NCBI GenBank assembly: GCA_964395625.1
Contig: CAYNAR010000001.1
Location: forward strand, 19-64,018
From: an uncultured Gammaproteobacteria bacterium
GTDB taxonomy: Bacteria; Patescibacteriota; Patescibacteriia; Patescibacteriales; WJLG01
Reading direction: 5' to 3'
DNA: 64,000 nt
The position numbers and the translations under genes were made by a program. Shown piece by piece: positions 15,932-23,696 of the stretch (its first letter is position 1; each line of letters opens with the position of its first letter). Under the pieces are notes generated by a model. It had not been told where the DNA came from and made no database searches. It saw only the letters and a program-made list of their open reading frames with translations.

Positions 15932-17479
15932 ATGGAACAGAAAAAACACGACAATGCGATTAGTTTCGATAATCTTGGTATAGCCGAGCGTCTTTTGCAT
16001 TGTTTGAATAAGAATGGATACGTCTCTCCGACGCCTATCCAACACCAGGCCATTCCTGTGGCTTTAAAGGGTAAGGATTTGGTCGGAATAGCTCAGACTG
16101 GTACCGGCAAGACTTTGGCTTTCGGTATACCGATGTTGCAACAGATCGCTTCTTTAAAGGGAAAGGGGCTTGTCTTGCTTCCTACTCGCGAATTGGCCGT
16201 TCAGGTCGAGGAGAGTTTGCATCGCATAGGTCAGGAATTCGGTTTGCGTACCGCCGTCTTGATCGGTGGCGATAGCATGGGAAGACAGTTGTCGTCTTTA
16301 AGGAAGAATCCTCACATCATAATCGCTACTCCGGGACGTCTTAACGATCACTTGGATAGAAAGACCGTCGATTTATCTGATGTCAGAGTATTGGTTCTTG
16401 ATGAGGCCGATCTTATGTTCGACATGGGATTCTTGCCTCAGATCGAGAAGATCATCGAGAAGACTCCTAAGAGCAGACAGACCATGCTTTTCTCCGCCAC
16501 TATGCCTGACGAGATAATCAAATTGGCCAAGAAGCATTTGGAGTCTCCTTTGCGCATCGAAGTCGCTTTCGCCGGCAAGACCGCCGATGGCGTCGATCAG
16601 GAGATCATAGTGATAAGGAAAGAGGATCGTTTCGACCAATTGGAGAAGATTTTGGGCGAGAACGATGGTTCCGTCTTGGTGTTTTGTCGCACTAAACGCG
16701 GAGTCCACGGTGTCGCCGCTAAATTGAAGGATCTTGGTTTCTTGGCCGGAGAGATACATTCCGATCGTTCTCAGGCTCAACGTCAGCAGGCTCTCAACGC
16801 TTTCAAACAAGGAAAGATAAGGATATTAGTGGCTACCGATATCGCCGCTAGAGGTATTGACGTCTCCGGCATCCAACTCGTCATAAATTACGATTTGCCT
16901 GAAGATAAGGCCGACTACGTGCATCGTATCGGTCGTACCGCGAGAGCCGGAGCTACCGGTAAAGCCATCTCTTTCGCTTGCCCTGATCAGATGGGTGATA
17001 TTCGCGAGATAGAGAGATTGATAAAGAAGAGCATCCCGACGACTAAATTGGCCAAGACCGTGGATGAAGAATTCAGAGCTCCGAGGAGAAGTTCCGGACG
17101 TAGTTATCGTTCCGGTGGCGATTCTGGCAAGGGGCGTCGTGATTCCGATTCTAAATGGGGAGCGAAGCGCGGTTTCGAAAGGGGAAGACAGGACAGACAA
17201 GGCAGGCAAGGCGATGATAGGTTCGAAAAGAAGGATGGTCGTCGCAGAGGTCGTTCCGAATCTAAATTCGGCGGTAAATCTTCGAGCCGTGGCAGATCGT
17301 CTCAAAACAATGACGATATCCTTTTGAATCCGGAAAGGTTCCTATTTACTGATCGCGATCGTTTTCGTGCCGCGGCTTTTGTTGGACGACAGGAGCATTA
17401 TAAATCGTTCAAGTCCCAGAAGGGGCCTCGTCGCAACTCCGGATCCGGTCGTCGTTCTGGTGGCCGTTCCGGCAGATAA
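15932..17479 (+). CDS. DEAD-box ATP-dependent RNA helicase with an Arg/Gly/Ser-rich C-terminal tail
   Basis: Q-motif region, AQTGTGKT, PTRELA, DEAD, SAT and HRIGRTARAG motifs. About 140-aa RG-rich tail. Confidence 0.9.
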   Translation: MEQKKHDNAISFDNLGIAERLLHCLNKNGYVSPTPIQHQAIPVALKGKDLVGIAQTGTGKTLAFGIPMLQQIASLKGKGLVLLPTRELAVQVEESLHRIGQEFGLRTAVLIGGDSMGRQLSSLRKNPHIIIATPGRLNDHLDRKTVDLSDVRVLVLDEADLMFDMGFLPQIEKIIEKTPKSRQTMLFSATMPDEIIKLAKKHLESPLRIEVAFAGKTADGVDQEIIVIRKEDRFDQLEKILGENDGSVLVFCRTKRGVHGVAAKLKDLGFLAGEIHSDRSQAQRQQALNAFKQGKIRILVATDIAARGIDVSGIQLVINYDLPEDKADYVHRIGRTARAGATGKAISFACPDQMGDIREIERLIKKSIPTTKLAKTVDEEFRAPRRSSGRSYRSGGDSGKGRRDSDSKWGAKRGFERGRQDRQGRQGDDRFEKKDGRRRGRSESKFGGKSSSRGRSSQNNDDILLNPERFLFTDRDRFRAAAFVGRQEHYKSFKSQKGPRRNSGSGRRSGGRSGR

Positions 17480-17672
17480 GGTGAGCGTTTACAAATCACG
17501 GTTTTTTCTGTTAGAATAGTGATATAAATTAAATTAGCTGAAAATAGGCATTTTCCTGGCACTATTGATTTGTGAAGGCTTGTTTAAAGATTTTTTTGCC
17601 GATGTCGCTCGGTATCGTCAAAAAGGTTTTTAAATTAAGCCCTCTCTTGATCTTTGGTGCTATTTTAGGGAA

Positions 17673-18734
17673 ATGCGTCTTTCGGCCTTTACAAAAATGA
17701 ATCCTAAAATCATGGCCAATGTCGGCCGCCGCAGTGCCGACTATGAATTGCTCAAGAAGATGTCTTTAGCCGGAGTGGAGATTTTTAGATTGAATTTTTC
17801 TCACGCCAGCAACGATCAGTTGATTGAGCTTAAGGAGAATATCAGAAAAATAAAAGAAGAGACTGGTAAGAAAGTTGAAATTTTTCAAGACCTTTGCGGT
17901 CCTCGTATCCGTATCGGTGTTTTGCCGGAAGATATTTTAATGAAGGACGGAGAGGTTTATTCTTTCGGTTTTGGTGCAGAGTGCAATATTGCCAATAAAT
18001 GCATCCCGATAGATCACGAGGGGCTTTATAACGATGTCCAAGTCGGACATCCGTTCTATTTGATCAATGGAGCCATCGAGCTCACTGTTATCGAAAAGAA
18101 AGACGGATTTATCATAGCTCGCGTAGAGAGAGGCGGTCATTTGTCCTCTAAGAAGGCCATTAATGTCCCTGCCACCAAGATTTCCGGCGGTGGATTGACT
18201 CCTAAAGACGAGAAAGACGCCGCTTTCGGATTCGAACAAGGCGTCGATCAGGTTGGTTTGTCTTTTGCTCAGAGCGCCGATGATATCAATAGATTGAGAA
18301 AGATCGTCGGTCCTGATATCAAGATTGTCGCCAAGATCGAAAGCGCTGTTGCCATAGATGTGGTCGACGAGATAATTCAGGCCGCCGATGGTATTATGAT
18401 CGCTCGTGGTGATTTGGGAATCGAGATGCCTATCGAAGAGTTGCCGATTTTGCAGAAAGAGCTTATTCGCCATGCTCATTGGCACAATAAGCCGGCTATC
18501 GTCGCCACTCAAATGATGCTTTCTATGGTCGAGAAATCTCATCCGACCTATGCAGAAGTGACCGATGTGGCCAATGCCGTCTTTGACGGTGCCGATGTCT
18601 TAATGCTTTCCGATGAGACCGCTGTCGGTAATTATCCTTTGGAATGCGTCCAGATCATGAAAAAGATCATCGATAAGACGGATGAATATTTCAATAAGAT
18701 CAATTATTGGGATAAGAACATCTGCAAGAAATAA
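17673..18734 (+). CDS. pyk: Pyruvate kinase, short form lacking the C-terminal regulatory domain
   Basis: RLNFSHAS, KIESAVAI, IMIARGDLGIEMP, VATQMMLSM and MLSDETAVGNYP motifs. The protein ends about 25 aa after the last motif (353 aa). An alternative start is ATG 17698. Confidence 0.85.
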   Translation: MRLSAFTKMNPKIMANVGRRSADYELLKKMSLAGVEIFRLNFSHASNDQLIELKENIRKIKEETGKKVEIFQDLCGPRIRIGVLPEDILMKDGEVYSFGFGAECNIANKCIPIDHEGLYNDVQVGHPFYLINGAIELTVIEKKDGFIIARVERGGHLSSKKAINVPATKISGGGLTPKDEKDAAFGFEQGVDQVGLSFAQSADDINRLRKIVGPDIKIVAKIESAVAIDVVDEIIQAADGIMIARGDLGIEMPIEELPILQKELIRHAHWHNKPAIVATQMMLSMVEKSHPTYAEVTDVANAVFDGADVLMLSDETAVGNYPLECVQIMKKIIDKTDEYFNKINYWDKNICKK

Positions 18735-18845
18735 GGAATATGCTTTTTAACCCTGACAAAATGGAGACGGTCTTTGCCAAGGTTCTCGTTCTTGAGTTCG
18801 TATCCTTGACCGCCATCATCATTCTTCTAAAAGTAGTCTAAAGAT

Positions 18846-19703
18846 ATGCCGGAATTACCGGAGGTTGAGACAATAAGACGCGACCTTACGGAAAGAATCG
18901 TCGGTCGCAAGATAAAAACAATAGAGGTCGTTGATAAAAAAATAAGCCAAGATGGAAAATTGGCTTATTTTTTATCCGGAAGAAATATGGTCTCTATTGA
19001 TCGTATCGGTAAGCTTTTGATATTCGATGTCGGAGGCGGAAGTTTTTTATTGATACATCTTCGCATGACCGGTCAGCTTGTCTATGTCGCCGATGGCAAG
19101 ATGACGACCGGAGGGCATTCTTTCGGTGGCAACGAATTCAAAGACGGTTTGCCGGATAAGCATACTAGGTTATGGATGGAGTTTTCCGGTGGTGGAAAAT
19201 TATTTTTCAACGATGCGCGCAGATTCGGATTGGCGAAGGTGGTGACGATGGAGGAGCTCGATGCGATAAAGAAGGAGTATGGCGCGGAACCGCTTCGTGA
19301 ATCTTTCACCTTCGATAATCTTAAGAAGATTTTTTCCAGATTAAGGATTACAGTCAAAGCGGCGTTGTTGGATCAAAAGAAGGTCGCCGGTATAGGTAAT
19401 ATCTATGCCGACGAGGTCCTTTTCGCGGCTGGTGTCCTGCCTTGGCGAGCGGCTTCTTCTTTGAGTGACGAAGAATTGAAATGCATACACAAAGAGTCGG
19501 AGAGAATAATCGCCAAAGCCATAAAATATCGCGGAACCACTTTTTCGGACTATGTCGATGCTGATGGCAAAAATGGTAATTTTACGGCTTTTTTACAAGT
19601 CTATGGCAGAAATGGAGAGAAATGTCCTAAATGTAGCGGTAAAATAAGCAAAAAAAGAGTTGCCGGCAGGGGGACCCATTTTTGTCCGGTTTGCCAAAAG
19701 TAG
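18846..19703 (+). CDS. mutM: Formamidopyrimidine-DNA glycosylase
   Basis: N-terminal MPELPEVE. H2TH region. C-terminal zinc finger CPKCSG...CPVCQ. Confidence 0.9.
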   Translation: MPELPEVETIRRDLTERIVGRKIKTIEVVDKKISQDGKLAYFLSGRNMVSIDRIGKLLIFDVGGGSFLLIHLRMTGQLVYVADGKMTTGGHSFGGNEFKDGLPDKHTRLWMEFSGGGKLFFNDARRFGLAKVVTMEELDAIKKEYGAEPLRESFTFDNLKKIFSRLRITVKAALLDQKKVAGIGNIYADEVLFAAGVLPWRAASSLSDEELKCIHKESERIIAKAIKYRGTTFSDYVDADGKNGNFTAFLQVYGRNGEKCPKCSGKISKKRVAGRGTHFCPVCQK

Positions 19704-19711
19704 GGGAATAT

Positions 19712-19739
19712 TTGACTTTTTAGCCTTTTTTGTTATAAT
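19712..19739 (+). promoter_or_regulatory. Near-consensus sigma70 promoter with extended -10
   Basis: TTGACT (19712-19717), 16-nt spacer, TGtTATAAT (-10 at 19734-19739). Confidence 0.65.
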
Positions 19740-19747
19740 TTATAAAT

Positions 19748-19786
19748 ATCAAAGGTGGTTAGCGTTGCCTCCTTGATGCTTTTTTA
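19748..19786 (+). promoter_or_regulatory. Hairpin plus T-tract between the promoter and rpmG (mutM terminator and/or rpmG leader attenuator)
   Basis: atcaaaggtgg / gcctccttgat imperfect stem followed by T6. It lies downstream of the 19712 promoter and 20 nt upstream of the rpmG ATG. Confidence 0.5.
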
Positions 19787-19806
19787 CTTTTTAAATTTTT
19801 CAATTT

Positions 19807-19962
19807 ATGTCACAGGATTTCATGATTAAGTTGGAATGCACCGAGTGCAAGACCATCAACTATTTTTCTCACAAAAATAAGAAGATCTTGAAGGAGCGTT
19901 TGGAACTTAATAAGTTTTGCAAGGGTTGCAATAAGCACACTTTGCACAAAGAGACTAAATAA
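19807..19962 (+). CDS. rpmG: 50S ribosomal protein L33 (zinc-ribbon form)
   Basis: My own translation: [51 protein letters not shown] (51 aa). It shows the L33 pattern C..C...Y...KN......LEL.K.C..C.KHT.HKE.K. Missing from the ORF track because it is under 60 aa. Confidence 0.85.
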   Translation: MSQDFMIKLECTECKTINYFSHKNKKILKERLELNKFCKGCNKHTLHKETK

Positions 19963-19973
19963 TTTTCTTTAAA

Positions 19974-20411
19974 ATGGAACTTGGTGGGAGGCCAATTCAA
20001 AAGAAGATTATCAGAAGAGCCGCCGCTTTGGTTTTTTTACCTATGGCGGTTTTTTTGTTGTCAGGGTGTCAGTTGGGGCCCGTGCCGGAAAGGCTAAAAG
20101 AATTCGATAAGGCCTTGGGTAGGGTGGTCGATGGTGGCGATATTCAACAGAACGATTTATTGAAAATAATAATGGAGAAGAAGGAAGAGTCAAGGGTTGT
20201 CGCAACGACGACGAAGATTGATTTGAACGACGAACAGAAGGCGGCGATAGACGAGTGGTTAGAGGAAAGGGGATTGAATCGCTATGGTGACGACAAGAAG
20301 GCTTTCTATAAAGGCGGTACGCCGTTGTTCGATCCCGATACCGGAAAATCAATCGATCGTTACGATTATATACTGTTTCGTTATCCGAATTTATTAAGCG
20401 AATTAAAATAA
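19974..20411 (+). CDS. Lipoprotein of unknown function
   Basis: 145 aa. Lipobox LLSGC after a hydrophobic segment. Confidence 0.6.
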   Translation: MELGGRPIQKKIIRRAAALVFLPMAVFLLSGCQLGPVPERLKEFDKALGRVVDGGDIQQNDLLKIIMEKKEESRVVATTTKIDLNDEQKAAIDEWLEERGLNRYGDDKKAFYKGGTPLFDPDTGKSIDRYDYILFRYPNLLSELK

Positions 20412-20416
20412 AAAAT

Positions 20417-21463
20417 ATGAACAGAGTATTTTTGACAAGAATTTTTCTTTTTTTGCTTTTGGCGGCGGTCTTATTTGGGTGTTATTTGATTTTTAAGCCT
20501 TTTTTGGTTGTTATAATCGTTTCTACGGTTCTAACATCGGTGTTTTATCCAGCTTATGAGTGGTTAGTTAAGAAAACCGGAGGACGTCGTAATTTGTCTA
20601 GCGCCATAATGTGCGCCTTAATAACATTATGCATTATTATTCCTTTGACCAATCTCATTGCTTATGGTGCGCAAAAATCCATAGAGGCTTATTCTGATGC
20701 TATGAATTTTTTGAATAGTAATGGTGTTGAGGGGACGATTGGGGATGGAGTTTTTTCCAAGATTGGAGGGTGGTTTGATGTTAAGGGACTCGATATTAAG
20801 CCTATTCTTCTTGATGTCGCTCAAAAGTCCAGTAATTGGTTGGTTGGTGGCGCCACTAGTTTGGTCAAGGGGACCACTTCTTTTGTTGTTTCTTTGGTCT
20901 TGATAATCTTTAGTTTGTTTTTTCTTTTTGTCGACGGTCGAAAGATGTTGGAGAAATTAATGTATTGGACTCCACTTCCCGATAAGTATGATCATCGTAT
21001 ATTCAAAAAATTCAAAGATGTCAGTTATAGTTTGTTTGTATCTACTTTTGCCGTAGCCGCCTCTCAGGCTGCCACTTGCGCTCTTGGGTTTTACATCGTT
21101 GGATTGCCGGCTTTTTTCCCGGCCATTGCTACCGCGTTAACTTCTATAATTCCCTATGTCGGATCTTTTGTTGTTTGGTTGCCGGCAGCGATATATCTTT
21201 TTGCCACTGGACAAATTTGGCAAGGTATTTTTATGATTGTTTGGGGTTTGGTGGTTATTAGTAATATTGATAATGTGCTTCGTATGTTGATGATAAAAGA
21301 TAAAGCCCAGGCACATCCTTTGCTTATCCTTTTTTCGGTTTTAGGAGGTATTGTGGTTTTTGGTTTTTGGGGTGTCATAATCGGTCCCATGATAATAGCT
21401 TTAACAGTTACAGTGCTGGATATTTACGACGAGATAGAGTATAAGAAAATTTTGTGTAAGTAA
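20417..21463 (+). CDS. AI-2E family transporter (PerM/UPF0118)
   Basis: 348 aa, about 8 TM helices. Family-typical C-terminal core IPYVGSFVVWLPAAIYL...ISNIDNVLRMLM. Confidence 0.75.
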   Translation: MNRVFLTRIFLFLLLAAVLFGCYLIFKPFLVVIIVSTVLTSVFYPAYEWLVKKTGGRRNLSSAIMCALITLCIIIPLTNLIAYGAQKSIEAYSDAMNFLNSNGVEGTIGDGVFSKIGGWFDVKGLDIKPILLDVAQKSSNWLVGGATSLVKGTTSFVVSLVLIIFSLFFLFVDGRKMLEKLMYWTPLPDKYDHRIFKKFKDVSYSLFVSTFAVAASQAATCALGFYIVGLPAFFPAIATALTSIIPYVGSFVVWLPAAIYLFATGQIWQGIFMIVWGLVVISNIDNVLRMLMIKDKAQAHPLLILFSVLGGIVVFGFWGVIIGPMIIALTVTVLDIYDEIEYKKILCK

Positions 21464-21480
21464 GCCAATAAAGTAAGGAC

Positions 21481-21509
21481 TTGAAAAAAAGGAATGGTTT
21501 TGATATCAT
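21481..21509 (+). promoter_or_regulatory. Sigma70 promoter for tRNA-Trp
   Basis: TTGAAA (21481-21486), 17-nt spacer, TATCAT (21504-21509), 10 nt before the tRNA 5' end. Confidence 0.6.
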
Positions 21510-21519
21510 TTCTTTTGTT

Positions 21520-21593
21520 GCGGGCTTAGTATAATGGTAGTACAGAGGTCTCCAAAACCTTTAGCGTGGGTTCGATTCCTACAGCCCGTGCCA
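21520..21593 (+). tRNA. trnW: tRNA-Trp (anticodon CCA), CCA end encoded
   Basis: Hand-folded 74-nt cloverleaf. Acceptor GCGGGCT/AGCCCGT (G1-U72). D stem GTAT/GTAC. Anticodon stem GAGGT/ACCTT with loop CTCCAAA. T stem GTGGG/CCTAC with loop TTCGATT. Discriminator G, then CCA. Confidence 0.9.
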
Positions 21594-21601
21594 ATAAAAT
21601 T

Positions 21602-21634
21602 AAAAGACGGAGCTTTAAAAAGCTTCGTCTTTTA
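21602..21634. terminator. Bidirectional terminator hairpin after tRNA-Trp
   Basis: agacggagct / agcttcgtct stem (one G-U pair), flanked by an A-run and a T-run. Confidence 0.75.
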
Positions 21635-21640
21635 ATTTTA

Positions 21641-22010
21641 TATGGTTAGAGTAGGAATCGAACAGGTTGGAAACGAGGTTAGGTCTGCGAGGGAACGAGC
21701 AGGCCGACACCGAGTGCTCGACGAACATTCGGGGAATGTTCGTCGCCAACCCTGGACAAGTGAACGAGGAGCTATTCGGCGACGAGTGAGCGCGACAATC
21801 GTATGTAAGTCTTCGCTGTCTCTGGACAAGAGAGTGAGGCGGAAGCCGAACGAACGCGATGTTTCCATGAAACTTTTGGACAAGTGAACGAGGAGCTATT
21901 CGGCGACGAGTGAGCGCGATAATCATATACGAGTGGCAGGTCTTCGCTGCCTCTCCCGCAAGAGAGTGAGGCGGAAGCCGAACGAACGTGATATTCTTAC
22001 AGCCCATATA
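21641..22010 (+). ncRNA. GC-rich structured non-coding module of unknown class (candidate sRNA or integrative-element remnant)
   Basis: Marked local G+C and purine enrichment compared with all other spacers. Perfect 12-bp hairpin at 21719-21745. Stem ggtctgc/gcaggcc (21682-21705) has a U-G pair valid only on the + strand. Enclosing stem caggttgg/ccaaccctg. ORFs are open on both strands only because of the composition. Strand and class are uncertain. Confidence 0.45.
21753..21992 (+). repeat. Tandem duplication of a 124-nt unit
   Basis: Copy 1 is 21753-21876 and copy 2 is 21877 to about 21992. The first 42 nt are identical (tggacaagtgaacgaggagctattcggcgacgagtgagcgcga). A divergent middle follows. 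Both copies share tcttcgctg...aagagagtgaggcggaagccgaacgaacg. Confidence 0.9.
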
Positions 22011-22046
22011 TCAAGATATTGTTTTTACGGCCTTTTTTGAGCATAT

Positions 22047-22075
22047 TTGACTTTTTTCCATTTTTCTGTTATACT
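22047..22075 (+). promoter_or_regulatory. Sigma70 promoter for the 22147-23612 operon
   Basis: TTGACT (22047-22052), 17-nt spacer, TATACT (22070-22075). Confidence 0.65.
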
Positions 22076-22146
22076 GTAAATTAGTAAACAAGGGTTTTGT
22101 TTACCCTTTCATCAAAAAATCAAAAACCGTAAGGATAGGAGGATTG

Positions 22147-22761
22147 ATGAAGAAAGTTCTTTTCATTTTTTTCTCGGTGTTAGTCATCGGAATCATTCCG
22201 GCCCTTGCGGCTGAAGTGATATCCGGAAAGGTAAAGGATTCTGTGACGAACGAACCTCTTCCTGAGGTTAAGGTAGTCATCTCTGCTTGCACGACTTTCA
22301 CGGATAGTGACGGTAGTTTTTCACTGCTGTTGCCGTCGGTGTCGGTTATGGAGCGAAGTCGATATGAGACCGTGAGGTTGAATGTCGATGGTTTTCAAAA
22401 AGGCGCATTTGATATTATAAATATCGATGGCCGGAAAGTAAGTTCTTTCGAAGGACTATCTTCCGGTGTTCATATATTCGTTGTCGATGGGGTAGCCTCT
22501 AAAACTATTGGCGGAGGAAGTTTTCGCCAGGCAAAGGAGGCCCTTATCGATAAGGGGTGTGAGAAAGCCTTGAAGAAGACAGCAATGTTGGCCCTGGCTT
22601 ATTTTGAGAAGCCAGGATATGAGATTCTGGAAAGACCTCTTTCCAGTGGTGTTAATGAGGTGCGATTGATGAAATCAACCTCGGATGTCAAAATTAATAT
22701 CGATGTCGATACTCTCGGCGTCACTCAAATCAATATTGAAATCAAAGGAGATATCAAATGA
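22147..22761 (+). CDS. Secreted protein with a carboxypeptidase-regulatory-like beta-sandwich and a second beta-sandwich module
   Basis: AGGAGG 5 nt upstream of the ATG at 22147. Signal peptide. ISGKVKDSVTNEPLPEVKVVI....TDSDGSFSL is a CarboxypepD_reg-like pattern. Confidence 0.6.
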   Translation: MKKVLFIFFSVLVIGIIPALAAEVISGKVKDSVTNEPLPEVKVVISACTTFTDSDGSFSLLLPSVSVMERSRYETVRLNVDGFQKGAFDIINIDGRKVSSFEGLSSGVHIFVVDGVASKTIGGGSFRQAKEALIDKGCEKALKKTAMLALAYFEKPGYEILERPLSSGVNEVRLMKSTSDVKINIDVDTLGVTQINIEIKGDIK

Positions 22762-23612
22762 AAACGATTCTTAATATTCTTGTTGCAATCGTAGCATTGC
22801 TTGCGTATGGTTGTTCTTCGGTAAGCCCTGTCTCCAGTTCGTTTGGTGATGGGAGTTCAGTTGTTAATCTTAATGTTACTGTTAAGTCGCTTGGCGTTCT
22901 TGGTAAAGTAGCTGCCAGTAACTACCCAGACGCCCCGTCCAAAATTCTGTTCTCTACCAGTCCAATGCGGCCTGGTCATGTGACAGACACTCTTTATCTT
23001 ACCGGAGCAGGGCCATCGTATTCTTGTTCTCTTCTCGGCTTTGAGAGAAATAAAGATTATGTCATTACGGCAATGGCTGTTAGCGCTGATTATGGTCAGA
23101 TGGGTACGTCCAAAATCTTAGGGATAGAATACAACATTGGTTCAGTTAGTGTTTCGATTGGTAATAGTGCTGAAGTCAGTGCTAATCTTGCTATGGGGGC
23201 TATCGCTCACAAGGTAAGAGTAAATATCCCAATCAAGGGAACGCCATCGGGTTTGTCGGCTTGTAAAGTCAAGCTGATTCTTAGTTCTAGTGATCTTGCC
23301 AGTGGTGCGCCCTATCGTGATACCGTAGAGACGGCGTTCGCTGTAAATACCGTCGATACGGTTAAGTTGGATAGGATTATTCCGCTCAATTCGCTAAGAA
23401 CGAGCACCCCGACTAGTTATAATGCCGAAATCATTATTGATAATGGTGACGGTACTTACTATAAGGGGAATAGCAATATTGCACTTTCTCCCTCTGTCGG
23501 ATCTTCGGCAACAATCACTCTTGTAAAAGTTGGTGATACCTCTTCATTGATGAAGATGACGATTACCATGACTCCTATAGGTGAAGCTGTATTAACGGCT
23601 TCATACTCTTGA
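22758..23612 (+). CDS. Lipoprotein of unknown function, translationally coupled to 22147-22761
   Basis: ATGA start/stop overlap with the upstream gene. Lipobox LLAYGC. 284 aa, Ser/Thr/Val-rich and beta-rich in composition. Confidence 0.6.
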   Translation: MKTILNILVAIVALLAYGCSSVSPVSSSFGDGSSVVNLNVTVKSLGVLGKVAASNYPDAPSKILFSTSPMRPGHVTDTLYLTGAGPSYSCSLLGFERNKDYVITAMAVSADYGQMGTSKILGIEYNIGSVSVSIGNSAEVSANLAMGAIAHKVRVNIPIKGTPSGLSACKVKLILSSSDLASGAPYRDTVETAFAVNTVDTVKLDRIIPLNSLRTSTPTSYNAEIIIDNGDGTYYKGNSNIALSPSVGSSATITLVKVGDTSSLMKMTITMTPIGEAVLTASYS

Positions 23613-23621
23613 ACATTAAAT

Positions 23622-23652
23622 AGACCGTGGTTTAACAACCATGGTCTTTTTA
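23622..23652 (+). terminator. Rho-independent terminator
   Basis: agaccgtggtt / aaccatggtct stem (one G-U pair) followed by T5. Confidence 0.8.
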
Positions 23653-23659
23653 ATTATAA

Positions 23660-23695
23660 AAAAGCCCTCTTATTTTTTAAATAAGAGGGTGTGTT
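23660..23695 (-). terminator. Rho-independent terminator for the convergent minus-strand gene
   Basis: ccctcttat / ataagaggg stem, with a T-run on the minus strand. Confidence 0.7.
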
Positions 23696-23696
23696 T

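Noticed and set aside
17575-17650. An imperfect inverted repeat (ggcttgtttaaagattttt ... aaaaaggtttttaaattaagcc) upstream of pyk, possibly related to the 8065-8214 element through shared gtttaaaga and cgctcg strings.
   Set aside because: The pairing is poor, with several mismatches in AT-rich arms. Similarity to the 8065 element is limited to short AT-rich words, so it cannot be distinguished from chance by eye.
18740-18841. A possible 33-aa hydrophobic mini-protein (MLFNPDKMETVFAKVLVLEFVSLTAIIILLKVV) with an AAGGA RBS, between pyk and mutM.
   Set aside because: It is too short and featureless to support without conservation or ribosome-profiling data, so it is not listed as a feature.
21753-21992. 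Considered a diversity-generating retroelement TR/VR pair, since DGRs are common in CPR genomes.
   Set aside because: The differences between the two copies are not adenine-specific. Neither copy lies at the 3' end of a credible target gene. No reverse transcriptase is present in the window.
21615-22007. Three overlapping ORFs from the track: 21615-22007 (-), 21638-21883 (-) and 21642-21887 (+).
   Set aside because: They are open on both strands and in several frames only because of local GC and purine richness. They run through the terminator hairpin and lack an RBS. Their internal protein repeats simply mirror the DNA duplication.
21641-22010. Considered tmRNA, RNase P RNA or SRP RNA, because the region is GC-rich and structured, lies next to a tRNA, and contains a GGAATCGAAC / GTTCGATTCC T-loop-like sequence.
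   Set aside because: On neither strand can the ends form a tRNA-like acceptor plus T-arm, because the 5 nt preceding TTCGATT do not pair with CCTAC. There is no ...ALAA-type tag ORF. I found no GGAAAGUCC or ACAGAA RNase P cores and no GGAAGCAGC SRP helix-8 motif. The T-loop-like 13-mer is better explained as an inverted partial copy of the adjacent tRNA-Trp.
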